Shown: one piece after another, positions 50,538-61,641 of the stretch
How positions within the stretch are numbered: the stretch's first letter is position 1
Layout of the letters: every line of letters begins with the position of its first letter
Source: Pristiophorus japonicus
Taxonomy: Eukaryota
Direction of reading: 5' to 3'
Assembly: GCF_044704955.1 (NCBI RefSeq)
Contig: NC_091999.1
Coordinates: 5,456,001-5,520,000 of the forward strand
Length of the DNA stretch: 64,000 bases
The notes under the pieces: generated by a model
The model's database searches: none
What the model was told of the DNA's origin: nothing
Seen by the model: the letters and a program-made list of their open reading frames with translations, nothing else
Position numbers and translations under genes: made by a program

Positions 50538-53500
50538 CTGCCTCGCGGGGGATAGAAAAGTGAAAATAAACAATTTCACCCAATATTGAATTTGCAACGT
50601 ATCAACACAGTGTGTTATTTAAAGAACGATTCAGCATAATAGCATATATTTACACACGTATGTGTCCATCTGCATGTGTCCGTAGGTGTATTTGTATCTG
50701 TGCACGTGTGCGTTTCTATCTGTTTGTATGTGTATGTTATCTGTGTGTTGCTGTGTGCTTATATATATGTGTGTGTGTGTTTAATGTGTGAATGTGTGCG
50801 TGTGTCTATCTGTTTTCTGTGCATGTGTGTGTGTAGGTCATGTGTGTGTATGTGTCTTTCCCTGTGTATATGTGTCTATTTGTTTGTTTGTGTGTCTGTG
50901 TGGTTATGTGTGTTTTGTATGTGTGTATGGTTGTGTCTATATATATGTCAGTGTGGTGAGTACCTACATGCATTTGTTCCCATTATATGTATAGAAATCC
51001 ATATGCGCTGTTTGTGTTTCCAGATCGATTATTTACAAAGCATGGTCCATTACTTTGTTGATAATAGGTACGGGCGGCGAGAAGGAAATATGAATGTTTA
51101 AACTCCTCAATATCTCAGAATATTACAATGCAGGAAGACTCAATAAATAAAAGCAGAATGCTGAGAGAAAGAGATTTCATCTGCATAGTTAGTGGACACG
51201 TTTTAAACAGTAACACTGCGACTTCGTGAGGTGGTTAATTAATATTTGATCCAGCCTAATTTTTCATGTACAATCTGAAGTGCCTTACTTGAGAAATTAT
51301 ATACCAGATTTCACGACCTCAGCTTGTCCGAAGACATTTTCCAGTCAATGTGATACTTTGCAAGTGTAATCACTGCTGTAATGTAGGGAAATATGCCAGC
51401 CAATTTTCGCACAGCAAGATCCCAGAAACAGAAATATAATAATGACCAGACATTCTGCTTTTAGGTGTTGGTTAAAGTCTCAATATTGGCCGAGGTCATC
51501 GGGGAGAACTTTCCTCTTATTCTAACTCTTGCCATGGGATATTTTATATCCACCTGAGAGGGAAGGCAAGGCCTCGGTTTAAAGTCTTATCCGAAACACG
51601 ACATCTGCGACAGTGCAGGGCTCCCTCGGTAGACCTTCTGCTGAAATCCCTGGATTGTGACGTGATACTGAACTCCTTCCATGTAGTTAGGGATCAGGTA
51701 TTACCCGTGGGGAGAAATATTGAATCAGACAATTTATTAATGTAATACAGAATAAAAATTTAACACCACCTCTGGTATGTCGCATCATTCCGGTCCGTGA
51801 ATCGATGGATTGATCCCGAGAGACCTTCTCTGAACAGTTCCGCCCCTCCGTTCCTAAACAAAAATACATAGAATACTGACATGATTCACAACTCGCTGAG
51901 ACTTCAAAGAAGAACATATTGACCTTCACAAGAGATGCAAAGAAAGACTCGCACTTTCACTTTGCTGTATTCGGTCCCCTGGACGGTTTTCATCCAGTCC
52001 CGGTTTGCAGTATATTATCTCGGCTTATTCTAACTCTTGCCGTGGGATATTTTACATCCCACCTGAGAGGGAAGGCAAGGCCTCGGTGCAGGTCGGGGCC
52101 AAGCGCTGCAATATAGATGGTATTGCCTATCGGAACGGCTAGCCGATGCCCCGCAGGTCTATTTAGGTACGGGTAAGAGGTATCACAAGGCGTCGGCAGT
52201 TGTCCCTAATACCTGACCAACAATGACCCCTCACTCAACGCATTGAAGGCAATTTCACTGGTTGCTTAACTAACTCGGCCTTTTGTGGGACCCTAAAGTG
52301 TGAAACACCGACTGCGGCAATTGCCGACTTAACAGTGACTTCACTTGGAACTTTTATGCCCTCTTTCTTCCCCCTGGTTGTCAAAAATGAAATAATTCCA
52401 TTTCTATAGCGCCTTTCGCGACGCAACAAAGCGCTTTTCAGCCATGAAGTACTTTTGAAGTGGAATTACTGTTGTAGTGTAGGAGACGAGACAGGACGAT
52501 AGCGCACAGCAAGCTCACACGAACAGCCTGGATTATGTTTTCAGGTCTCTGGAGAGTGACTCGAACCCACAACCTTCAGACTGAGAGTGTAATAACTGAG
52601 CCACTGTTATTATCTGTCCTTTGTTAATAATACACTCCAATGGATCACGGGATCGGTGAATTATTGAAACGCACCTTTTCCGTAATCTGTTTGCACGACT
52701 GTCCCATTCGGCGCCGTGGCATGATTCACCTTGCAACTGATCACATCTCCGGGTCTCCATTGGTCCATCGGTAGAAAAACAGCGGCTGTGTATCTGCCGT
52801 CTCCTCTGTACAGAGGGGCTGACCCAAACCTCTTGACTGCGGAGGACGAAGTCTTCATGGACACTGTTATTTCTTTCGGATAGAAGTCCGTCACCAAGCA
52901 AACTGCGGCTGCGACTGTGCCCTCAATCAGGGCGCCCCGTGGAGGGAACAAGAGGCGCATTTGCGGCCTGGAATGTTTGGCGATCTCTGTAATTGGAATT
53001 TAAAAACGTCACTACCTGGCGCACTATTAAAATACTCACTAATCCTCACTATCTTTCGAAAATGTACCTCTGCAAAGGACCAACCAGAAATTGCAACAGC
53101 AAAATAAATGTTAATTGAACCATTAGATTAATATCATTTTAGGAAAACATATTAGGAAAAGGGGAGGTGCAACGAGACCTGGGTGTCATGGTACACCAGT
53201 CATGAAGGTTGGCATACAGGTACAGCAGGCCGTTAAGGAAGCAAATGGCATGTTGGCCTTCATAGCGAGGGGATTTGAGTACAGGGGCAGGGAGGTGTTG
53301 CTACAGTTGTACAGAGCCTTGGTGAGGCCACACCTGGAGTATTGTGTACAGTTTTGGTCTCCTTACTTGAGGAAGGACATTCTTGCTATTGAGGGAGTGC
53401 AGCGAAGGTTCACCAGACTGAGTCCCGGGATGGCGGGACTGACATATCAAGAAAGACTGGATCAACTGGGCTTGTATTCACTGGAGTTCAGAAGAATGAG

Positions 53501-56500
53501 AGGGGATCTCATAGAAACGTTTAAAATTCTGACGGGTTTAGACAGGTTAGATGCAGGAAGAATGTTCCCAATGTTGGGGAAGTCCAGAACCAGGGGTCAC
53601 AGTCTAAGGAGAAGGGGTAAGCCATTTAGGACCGAGATGAGCAGAAACTTCTTCACCCAGAGAGTGGTGAAACTGTGGAATTCTCTACCACGAAAGTTGT
53701 TGAGGCCAATTCACTAAATATATTCAAAAAGGAATTAGATGTAGTCCTTACTACTAGGGGGATCAAGGGGTATGGCGAGAAAGCAGGAATGGGGTACTGA
53801 AGTTGCATGTTCAGTCATGAACTCATTGAATGGCGGTGCAGGCTCGAAGGGCCGAATGGCCTACGCCTGCACCTATTTTCTATGTTTCTATGTTTCAACA
53901 ATACTGCCAACGGTAGAATAAACAAGGCAGGTTAACGAGCTGCATATCTGGAAAATAACTCAGTGTAGGGACGGTGAAAAGCTTTTGTTTCCGACGCATG
54001 GAGGGTTATAGAAGTGCTGATGCACGGATAATTAAAGACCCAGGTACAAGAGTAAAGGATGACTTAAAATCGAAGAGAAAGGATTCTGCCTTAAATAGCT
54101 AACTGACGACTACAGGATGCATAAATGTGCTTTATATTCCCTTGAGTTTAGAAGATTGAGGGATGATCTAATGGAGGTGTTCCAAACAGTGAAGGGAAGC
54201 GATAGGATTTATCGAGAGAAACAGAAAATGTTTTTTTCACACAAAGGGTAAAGAAAATCAAAGAATCACAGAACGATGCCGCACAGAAGAAGGCCATTCT
54301 GCCCTTCGTGCCTGTGCCAGCTCGTTGATAGAGCCATCCCAGTCAGACCCAGCCCTCTGCTCTTTCCCCAAATACCTGTATTTTGTCTTCCAGTATTTAT
54401 CCAATTCCCTTTTGGAAGTTACTATTGAATCTGCCCCCATCACACTTTCAGGTAGTGCATTCCAGATCACGTGCTGCGTAAGAAAACTCCACGTGTTGCC
54501 TCAGGTTCTTTTGGCAATCACTTTGAATCTGTGTCCTCTGCTGACAGATCCTTCTGCCACTGGGAACCACCGCTCCTTCTTTATCAAAACTGTTCATGAT
54601 TCTGAACACCTCCACTTAACCGTCTCTGCTCTAAAGCGAGCAACCATGACGTCTCTATTCTCTCCAAATAACTGAAGTTCCTCATCCCGCGTATGATTCT
54701 GCACCCTCTCTATGGCCTTCCTGCAGTTTGGTGCCCAGAATTGAACACAATACTCCAGCATTTTGTAGAGGATTAGCTTAAACTCCTTGCTTTTGTACGC
54801 TATGCATTTATTAATAAAGAACATACGAACATAAGAATTAGGAGCAGGAGTAGGCAATTCGGCCCCTCCAGCCTGCTCCGGCATTCAATAAGATCATGGC
54901 TGATCTTCTACCTCAACTCCATTGGACCCTATCCCGCGATACATTTACCTGAAATAACAAGATCTCAAACTTGACAATTTCAATTGACCCCACGCATTCT
55001 CGATAATTTTGGGGAGAGAGTTCCAGAGAAATGCATTTTGGTAGGAAGAATGAAGGGAGGCAAACATGAACGGACTGATACAATTTTAAAGGGCTCAGGT
55101 GAACAGAAAGACCTTTGAAGGTGGCAGGACAGGTTATGAAGTCTGTTCGAAAAGCACATGGCATCCTCGGTGGGAATGTAAGTTGTGAGGGGGATGCTAA
55201 GAGGCTTCAAAGGGATATCAAGTGGCTAAGTGAGTGGGCAAGAACAGGGCAAATGGAATATAATGTGGAGAAATGTGAAGTTATCCACTCTGTTAGGAAA
55301 CATAGATCAGCAGGGTATTTTTTAAAGGGAGAGAGATTGGGATATGTTTGTGTTCAGAGGGACCTGTGTGTTCTCCTTAGCAAAGCACAAGATAAGCAGG
55401 CAGGTACAGCAACCAATTTAGAATGCAAATGGTATGCGACCTTCATTACAAGAGGATTTGAGTATAAGAGTAAGACGTCTCATTGCAATTATATCGGGCC
55501 CTGGTGAGACCACACCTGAAGTATTGTGTACAGTTTTGGTCTCCTTACCTAAAGAAGAATATAGTTGTCACAGAGGGAGTGCAACGAAGGTTCACCAGAC
55601 TGATTCCTGGGATGGGGGAATTGTCCTATGAGGAGAGATTGAGTAGACTAGGCCTATATTCTGCAGAGTTGAGAAAAATGAGAGGTGATCTCATTGAAAC
55701 ATACAGGGCTTGACAGGGGTAGATGCAGGGAGGATTTTCCCCCGGGCTCGGGAGCCTATAACCAGGGGTCACAGTCTCAGAGTAAGGGGTCGGCCATTTA
55801 GGACTGAGATGAGGAGAAACGTCTTCAATCAGAGGGTGGTGAATCTTTTGAATTCTCTACCCCAGAGGGCTGTAGAGGCTCAGTCTTTGAGTATATTCCA
55901 AACCGAGATCGATAGATTTTTGAATATTAAGTGAATCAAGGGATATGGGGCTAGTGCCCCTCTCCTGCTCCTGTGTTCCTGTGGTCCTGTGGAAAGAAAG
56001 AGCAATCGGGAAAGATCCAGGGGCCATTTGCCGCCTATGTGTTCATATTCCCAGGACATCGTCACTGGTTGGGTTTTAAGGGGGATTGGGAGGGCAGGAA
56101 GGGCATACCGCGAGAGAGAAATACAAAGAAGAAAGTGATTGACAAATGAAAATATTAGTTTTGATCCTTACTTGACTCCACTATGACCCTGACTCCGTCT
56201 CCGAACATGGGCATGTCTAAATTCGGTTCCTGTTTCTTGGAGACGCAGTAATAAATCCCGCTGTCCTTATTTACGACGTTCTGGATTCTTAAGGAGGTTT
56301 TCTTCTGATCGCGGCTGACGAGCTGATACCTTGCCTCTGTGAGTTGTTTTCGCTTGTTGCTGAGTATCAGCACCAGGGGGCCGCGCTCTATCTTCTCCTG
56401 CTTAAACCAGAACAGCAAGTTCCACTCGGCCAAAGTTGCGCTCGTCACGCACGGCAGTTCCACCGGGTTCCCTTCGGCCACTGACATATTGACCGGCGTT

Positions 56501-57664
56501 CGCCCCAATGTCCCGATCGAGTGAGCCTCTAATAAACAGGATAGTCAGAAGGTAATGATTTTTCGATGGAAACTGAATCGGTGTCACACTTATCTCGTGG
56601 AAGCACTCCGCCGTTTGGGTTCAAGTCCTGTTCGAGAGACTTGAGCCCATGATCTGGGCCGACACTCCCAGTGCCAGGGCTCAGGAAACGCTGCACTGTC
56701 GCAGGTCCCGTCTTTAAGCTGAGACATTAAACCGAGGCCCTGTCTGTCGTCTCAGGTCGACGGAAACTACCCCACCGCACAGGTTCTCAACAGTGTCTCG
56801 AGATATATTGAACCCTCAACCAACATCAACCTCGGGGTGGTACGTTCAAGCGTCAACACAGAAGACTGTGAGATTGATTTTTAATCAATCCGGCAATTGC
56901 TGGACCATCGCCAGAAAACACGCTGAAAACTGTCGAATGGTTATATAAACCCCACTGGCGCATCAAATAGTCCATGGATCAAACCTGCCGCTCTACAAGC
57001 GGCTCCTGGCCCACATCATGTGCTTGGCTCTTAACGTGCTCTGAAGTGGTTGAGCAAACAAGTAATGTGTACCGCGGGTCAACGAACCAGGACCAATAAA
57101 CATGTTCTCTGCTGGCGTTGCGAAATAGTGAATGGCCGAGTCATAGAGCACAAAAGGAGGCCACTTCGACCACCATACCTGTGCTGGCTCATTGAAAGAA
57201 CAATCCAATTAGTCCCCGTCTCTCCTACCCTTTCCACAAAGCCCTATAAATCGTCCCCTTTGAAGTAAATATCAACTTGAAGATTGAGTCTGCTTCCTCC
57301 GCCCTTTCAAGCAGTGCATTCCAGATCATAACAACTCGCTGTGTAAAAATAAACTCAGTTCCCCTCCGGTTCTTTTTCATCTCTGTGCTTTTTTTTTCTA
57401 AATTCTGTAAATATTTTGTCTTCTCAATACACAAATTCACAGTTCCAAATATTTTCAGTCGACAAATGATCACAAAGCCCTGAATCGCGATAGTCACATA
57501 ACAGAGTTGCTAATGCTGCGTCTCCATAATTCTTGCAACACTACCAATATTTTGTCTTTAAGCTGGACTTTTATTCCGTTCTACCGTTGCAGACACGCAG
57601 ACTAACCTTGCGAAAGTGACAAGAAATAAGCCCAGAGTGTCAGCGGCAAAAGCACGGTCTCCAT
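50434..57664 (-). CDS. Germline-joined, non-rearranging TCR alpha/delta-like chain (L-VJ-C1-CP-TM, ~304 aa)
   Basis: Five exons (57607-57664, 56172-56528, 52675-52986, 51770-51853, 50434-50537) join through GT-AG phase-1 introns into one open 915-nt frame. Domain order and TM motif match TCR alpha/delta. Confidence 0.85.
50660..50960. repeat. Degenerate (TG)n microsatellite
   Basis: TG-rich low-complexity tract in the CP-TM intron. Confidence 0.85.
51770..51853 (-). CDS. Exon 4: connecting peptide with a single Cys (GTEGRNCSEKVSRDQSIDSRTGMMRHTR)
   Basis: Strong acceptor tatttttgtttag|GA, in frame with exon 3. The Cys lies where TCR chains form the interchain disulfide. Donor is weak (G|gtggtg at 51770, or alternatively 51767). 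Confidence 0.65.
52675..52986 (-). CDS. Exon 3: C1-set constant domain, TCR-delta-like
   Basis: Acceptor ttacag|AG. AAVCLVTDFYPKEITV ... DGRYTA ... ISCKVNH gives the C1 signatures CLxxxFYP and CxVxH. Donor G|gtgcgt. 312 nt, phase 1-1. Confidence 0.92.
53150..55990. mobile_element. CR1 fragments filling the VJ-C intron (53150-53897 +; ~54258-55030 -; ~55030-55990 +)
   Basis: LVRPHLEYCVQFWSP, RGDLIET and CR1 tails in both orientations. Confidence 0.88.
56172..56528 (-). CDS. Exon 2: complete VJ-type Ig V domain
   Basis: Acceptor tttattag|AG. Motifs VELPC, LFWFKQ, SLRIQNV, DSGIYYC, then a 13-aa CDR3-like loop and J-like FGDGVRVIVES. Donor A|gtaagg. No heptamer between YYC and FGxG. Confidence 0.92.
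57607..57664 (-). CDS. Exon 1: signal peptide METVLLPLTLWAYFLSLSQ
   Basis: ATG at 57664, 19 mostly hydrophobic codons plus 1 nt, donor G|gttagt. Phase 1 matches the VJ exon acceptor. Confidence 0.85.
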
Positions 57665-57729
57665 TTCAAACGAGAATGTCCCGTGGGCTCCTTCACCGGA
57701 TGGGCAACGCAACTGATGGCGTCTGAAGC

Positions 57730-57800
57730 GAGAAAAATATAGCCACTCCCGAGAATTGGAATCAGCGAATCCATCTCGTCTCTACTTCCCCTACGTCAAC
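57730..57800 (-). promoter_or_regulatory. Putative promoter of the VJ-C gene
   Basis: Minus strand reads TTGACGTAGGGGAAGT (CRE half-site next to an ETS/PU.1-type GGAA core) about 120-135 bp upstream of the ATG, with a TATA-like CTATATTTTT near 57733-57742. Confidence 0.3.
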
Positions 57801-58214
57801 TCTCACGGTCTGACTCCGTGTTCTGCGCTCTTTCCAACTCCAGCGTGTTGTTGCAACATTTACAATCTAGGCCCGGATGTAAAGGAGGCCAGAAACGTGA
57901 AAGAAACAATAAAACTTAAATGAGTCTCGCTTTCCCACGGCCGGTTTGTAGTAGCCTTTCCTTAGAGGTAACAATTTCTCTTCACCCTGGAGACTTGAAC
58001 AGATAACATTGGCTGATACTTCACCGAATCAAGGCCCATTCTTTCCTCTCAGTTGTATGTAAAAGATCCCACAGAGCTATTCGAAGATGAGTAGAAGGAT
58101 TTCTGCCCGGCTCATGGCAAATATTGATTTTCCCACCGACACTAACAAAAAAAAAAATCACTTACCTGGTCATTATCACATTCATGTCTGTGGGATCTTT
58201 CTGGGCCTCTAAAA

Positions 58215-58952
58215 AGGGTAGAGGAACAAAGAGATCTTGGGGTGCAGGTCCACAGATCCCTGTATTTAGCAGACCAGGTAGATAAGGTGGTTAAGAATGT
58301 TAAGAAGACATATGGAATATTTGCCTTTATAAGTCGAGGTATGGACTACAAGAGCAAGGAGGTTATGCTTGAAATGTATAAAACACTGGTTACACCGCAG
58401 CGAGAGTACTGTCGACAGTTCTGGTCACCACATTGCACGAAAGATGTAATTGCACTGGAAATGGTGCAGAGGAGATTTACAAGGATGTTGCCTGGACTGT
58501 AGAATTTTGGCTATGGGCAAAGATTTGAGATGCTGGGTATGTTTTCTTTGGAACAGAGGAGGCTGAGGGGAGACCTGATTGAGGCGTATAAAATTATGAG
58601 GGGTCTGGATAAAGTGGATAGGAAGGACCTGTTTTCCTTGGCAGAGAGGTCAACAACCAAGGGGCATAGATTTAAAGTAATTCAAGGGGAGGCTTAGAGG
58701 AGATATGAGGGGACATTTCTTCACAGAGAGTGGTGGGGTTCTGGGACTCACTGCCTGAAAGGGTGGTAGAGGCAGAAATCCTCACCACATTTAAAAAGTA
58801 CTTGGATGTGCACTTAAAGTGCCGTAACCCACAGGGCTACAAACCAAGAACGGGAAAGTGGGATTAGGCTGGATAGTTCTTGGTCGGCCGGCATGGATAC
58901 GATGGGCCGAAATGGCCTCCTTCCGTGTTGTAAGTTTCTATGATTCTATGAT
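58215..58952 (+). mobile_element. CR1 3' fragment
   Basis: RDLGV..EYCRQFWSP..RRFTRMLPG and a TTCTATGA tail. Confidence 0.88.
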
Positions 58953-59152
58953 AGGAAGAGCTGTAGGATGTTCCGCTCCCCTAACATGCTCCGGCATATC
59001 TGTATCTTAACGACATCTATCCTCCATGGTCCCGTGACACTTAATAACGTTTCCTAACTAAAGTATTTCAATCAACCTGTGCGAGCAACCAGAAATCAGT
59101 GTCATTGCCTGTTAAACCTCTCTCTTTCTTGTTAATTCGCTGTACCTCGGCA

Positions 59153-59504
59153 TTTTTTTTTTTAAATTCGTAGCCAATCTTTCCAATTCTTTGTCAAATC
59201 ACAAACGCCAGAGGTCACCTTGCACACATCAAGGATCACTCTGCGCCAATGCTCTTAGCCAAAAGGCCTAGAGCCACTGCACCGTTCCTGGAAGTACTGC
59301 AATACCAGGTTCATGCCGTGGAGGTGGACGGGTCAGGTCCCCCACACACCTCTGTGGAGGTGGATGGGTCAAGCCACCCCACCCACCTCCTGTTTCCAAA
59401 AAAGCAAGCATATACCTTCCTGATCCAGGGAGAACCACTTTGGGGTCATGGTTACTCCCCTGTCAGGTCAGTTACGCATGATCTTAGCCAAAAGTCTGAG
59501 AAGC
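59153..59504 (-). mobile_element. U2 snRNA-derived retroposon (SINEU-like) with poly(A) tail and TSD
   Basis: Minus strand has GCTTCTCAGACTTTTGGCTAAGATCA (U2 5' end), TTTTTTGG (Sm-site-like) and ACCTGGTATTGCAGTACTTCCAGGAACGGTGCA (U2 3' end). A second GGCCTTTTGGCTAAGA, a unique tail and poly(A) follow. CTCGGCATTT is duplicated at 59146-59155 and 59504-59513. Confidence 0.85.
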
Positions 59505-61413
59505 TCGGCATTTATTGCCCAACAAAACTCTGCCCCTTTGTGGTAGGCCTTTTACTTGAACCACTGCAGAAAGTGTTCTTTTCAGTGGTTTTGTACCACT
59601 GAATGGCTTGTGAGGTCACTTGAAGGGACAGTTACGAATAAACTATAATGGTGTGGGGACTGGCGTCCCATATAGACACAGACCGGGAAAGACGACAGGT
59701 CCTAAAGGAAACTGGTGAGCCAATTGTTTTTTTTTATAAGAATCCGACCATTTCACGATCACTCTCACTGAAACCATTTTGTTTACAGATATAATGGTGA
59801 GCCTGTGTACAGTGAATGGTGCAGAGAGAAATCAATAGATGGAGGGAGATAAAGGTGAGCGTGAGCACAGTGATACCGAAAGCAACCAACAGCAGGAGTT
59901 AAGTACAGGTGAGACAGAGCGTCCAGTGATACAGAGAGACACCAACAGGGGGAGGGAGATAATGGTGAGACCGAGTACAGTGATACAGAGAGCCACCAAC
60001 AGATGGCGATAGAAAAAGACGCATGTCAGACTGTGTCGGCAGACGTCGGGATGCACAGCACCACAGGTAAGCTTGGGAATATTTGGAAATATGTGGATTG
60101 TAAAAGGAATGAGGAGATGGGGAAACAAGAGCAGAGGGCAAAGCTCTGCAGATGTGGAAAATCATCAGAACGAAAGGTAATGTGACAGAAAGATAACAGA
60201 AAAACAGCACAGGAACTTGTGAAATAGCACAATGATTTAATGAAAGGTAGATCTGAGCAATGTACCTGTGCAGGTGAGTAACCCTCTCCCCCGCCCACGC
60301 AGTGGATTAACCCAGGCTATGACTGTGCCCAGTGGTGAAAAGGTGAGCCACAGTCAGACCCGTTAGACCCTATACCTGTTTTACATGAAGCGATAAAAAA
60401 AATCACGCTGACCCTAAATAAGTCACACAACGAAACTACAACCTTCTGAGAAACATGGCATCGCATTAACCGCATCCCATCGAGAACTGACTGTACAATA
60501 CTGCTGAAAGCTGTGATTCCACTTAACGTATGTGGCGCCTTCACCGACTAAGCACTGCTTGGATGATGTACCGTGTCTACTCTAACCATCTGTCTCTATC
60601 ACAGTGAGCGTATTGCAGCAGAGTGAGCGAATCTCACTGAAGTGCACACCTTACCCCCCAAATCGTAAACAATTAATTCTGTGTATGAATTAATTGAATG
60701 GAAAGACTCTGGGTAGTGTGGTTAATGGCGTTCACGGCATTTGAACTTGCGACCACAATGTGCAATACTCACCGGATATATTTCGACTTATAATAAATAT
60801 ATGGCGATAAAGACAGTCGCAGTTCATGCTCCTTTTGTCCGTGCTGGTCCGAATGGTGTGTCTGCAACAACGTCACAGAGGAGCAGTTATTTAGTGGAAA
60901 AATATGTATCTAACGATTTGCTTTGCTTGCGATGTGATTGAAGTCATTCGGGTGAGGATTTGTTAACTTCTTTGTTGTACGTGAAAGAACCACATGTTCC
61001 AAACATTACAGGTGTCTCTTTTAAACCTAGACATGTGCTCGTTTTATATCTTGGAGAGGAAGATTTACCATCACCAAAGAGCGACCATCAGTAACCCATG
61101 GACACCTGCAGGCTTCTCTTGCTTGAAGCTCAGCTCCTTGGTTATGAATACCGTAGGGATTGAAATGACCTCCTAAAAACAGGCGGCGCCATATGGATAC
61201 TAATGTAGTAAAGGGGCTGCTTCACGATAGGAAGTGGACCATTACAAAGATGAGAATATCATACAGCGTCTTTCAGACCCATCCACCCTATCAACCAACC
61301 ATCCATCCGTTCATAGGTCTATTAATAAAATCATTCAGACATCCAACTATCCATCCAATCCAAATACATACTTCCACTTCAACGTGCCTGCTTATCAATT
61401 TGAGGATGTATGC

Positions 61414-61641
61414 NNNNNNNNNNNNNNNNNNNNNNNNNNNNNNNNNNNNNNNNNNNNNNNNNNNNNNNNNNNNNNNNNNNNNNNNNNNNNNNNNNNNNNN
61501 NNNNNNNNNNNNNNNNNNNNNNNNNNNNNNNNNNNNNNNNNNNNNNNNNNNNNNNNNNNNNNNNNNNNNNNNNNNNNNNNNNNNNNNNNNNNNNNNNNNN
61601 NNNNNNNNNNNNNNNNNNNNNNNNNNNNNNNNNNNNNNNNN
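61414..61641. other. Assembly gap (228 N)
   Basis: Run of N followed by TATC-rich low-complexity sequence. Confidence 1.

Noticed and set aside
47451-50640. Isolated CACAGTG heptamers (47451, 50282, 50606) as RSS
   Set aside because: No convincing nonamer at 12 or 23 bp, and no adjacent V, D or J coding segment.
50676-51101. Cys/Val-rich ORFs
   Set aside because: These are translations of a (TG)n microsatellite.
52987-56171. J-segment cluster between VJ and C
   Set aside because: The intron is mostly CR1 fragments. No FGxG segment with an upstream RSS was seen by eye.
59153-59504. Functional U2 snRNA gene
   Set aside because: The branch-point-pairing GTAGTA and stem II region are replaced, and poly(A) plus a TSD indicate retroposition.
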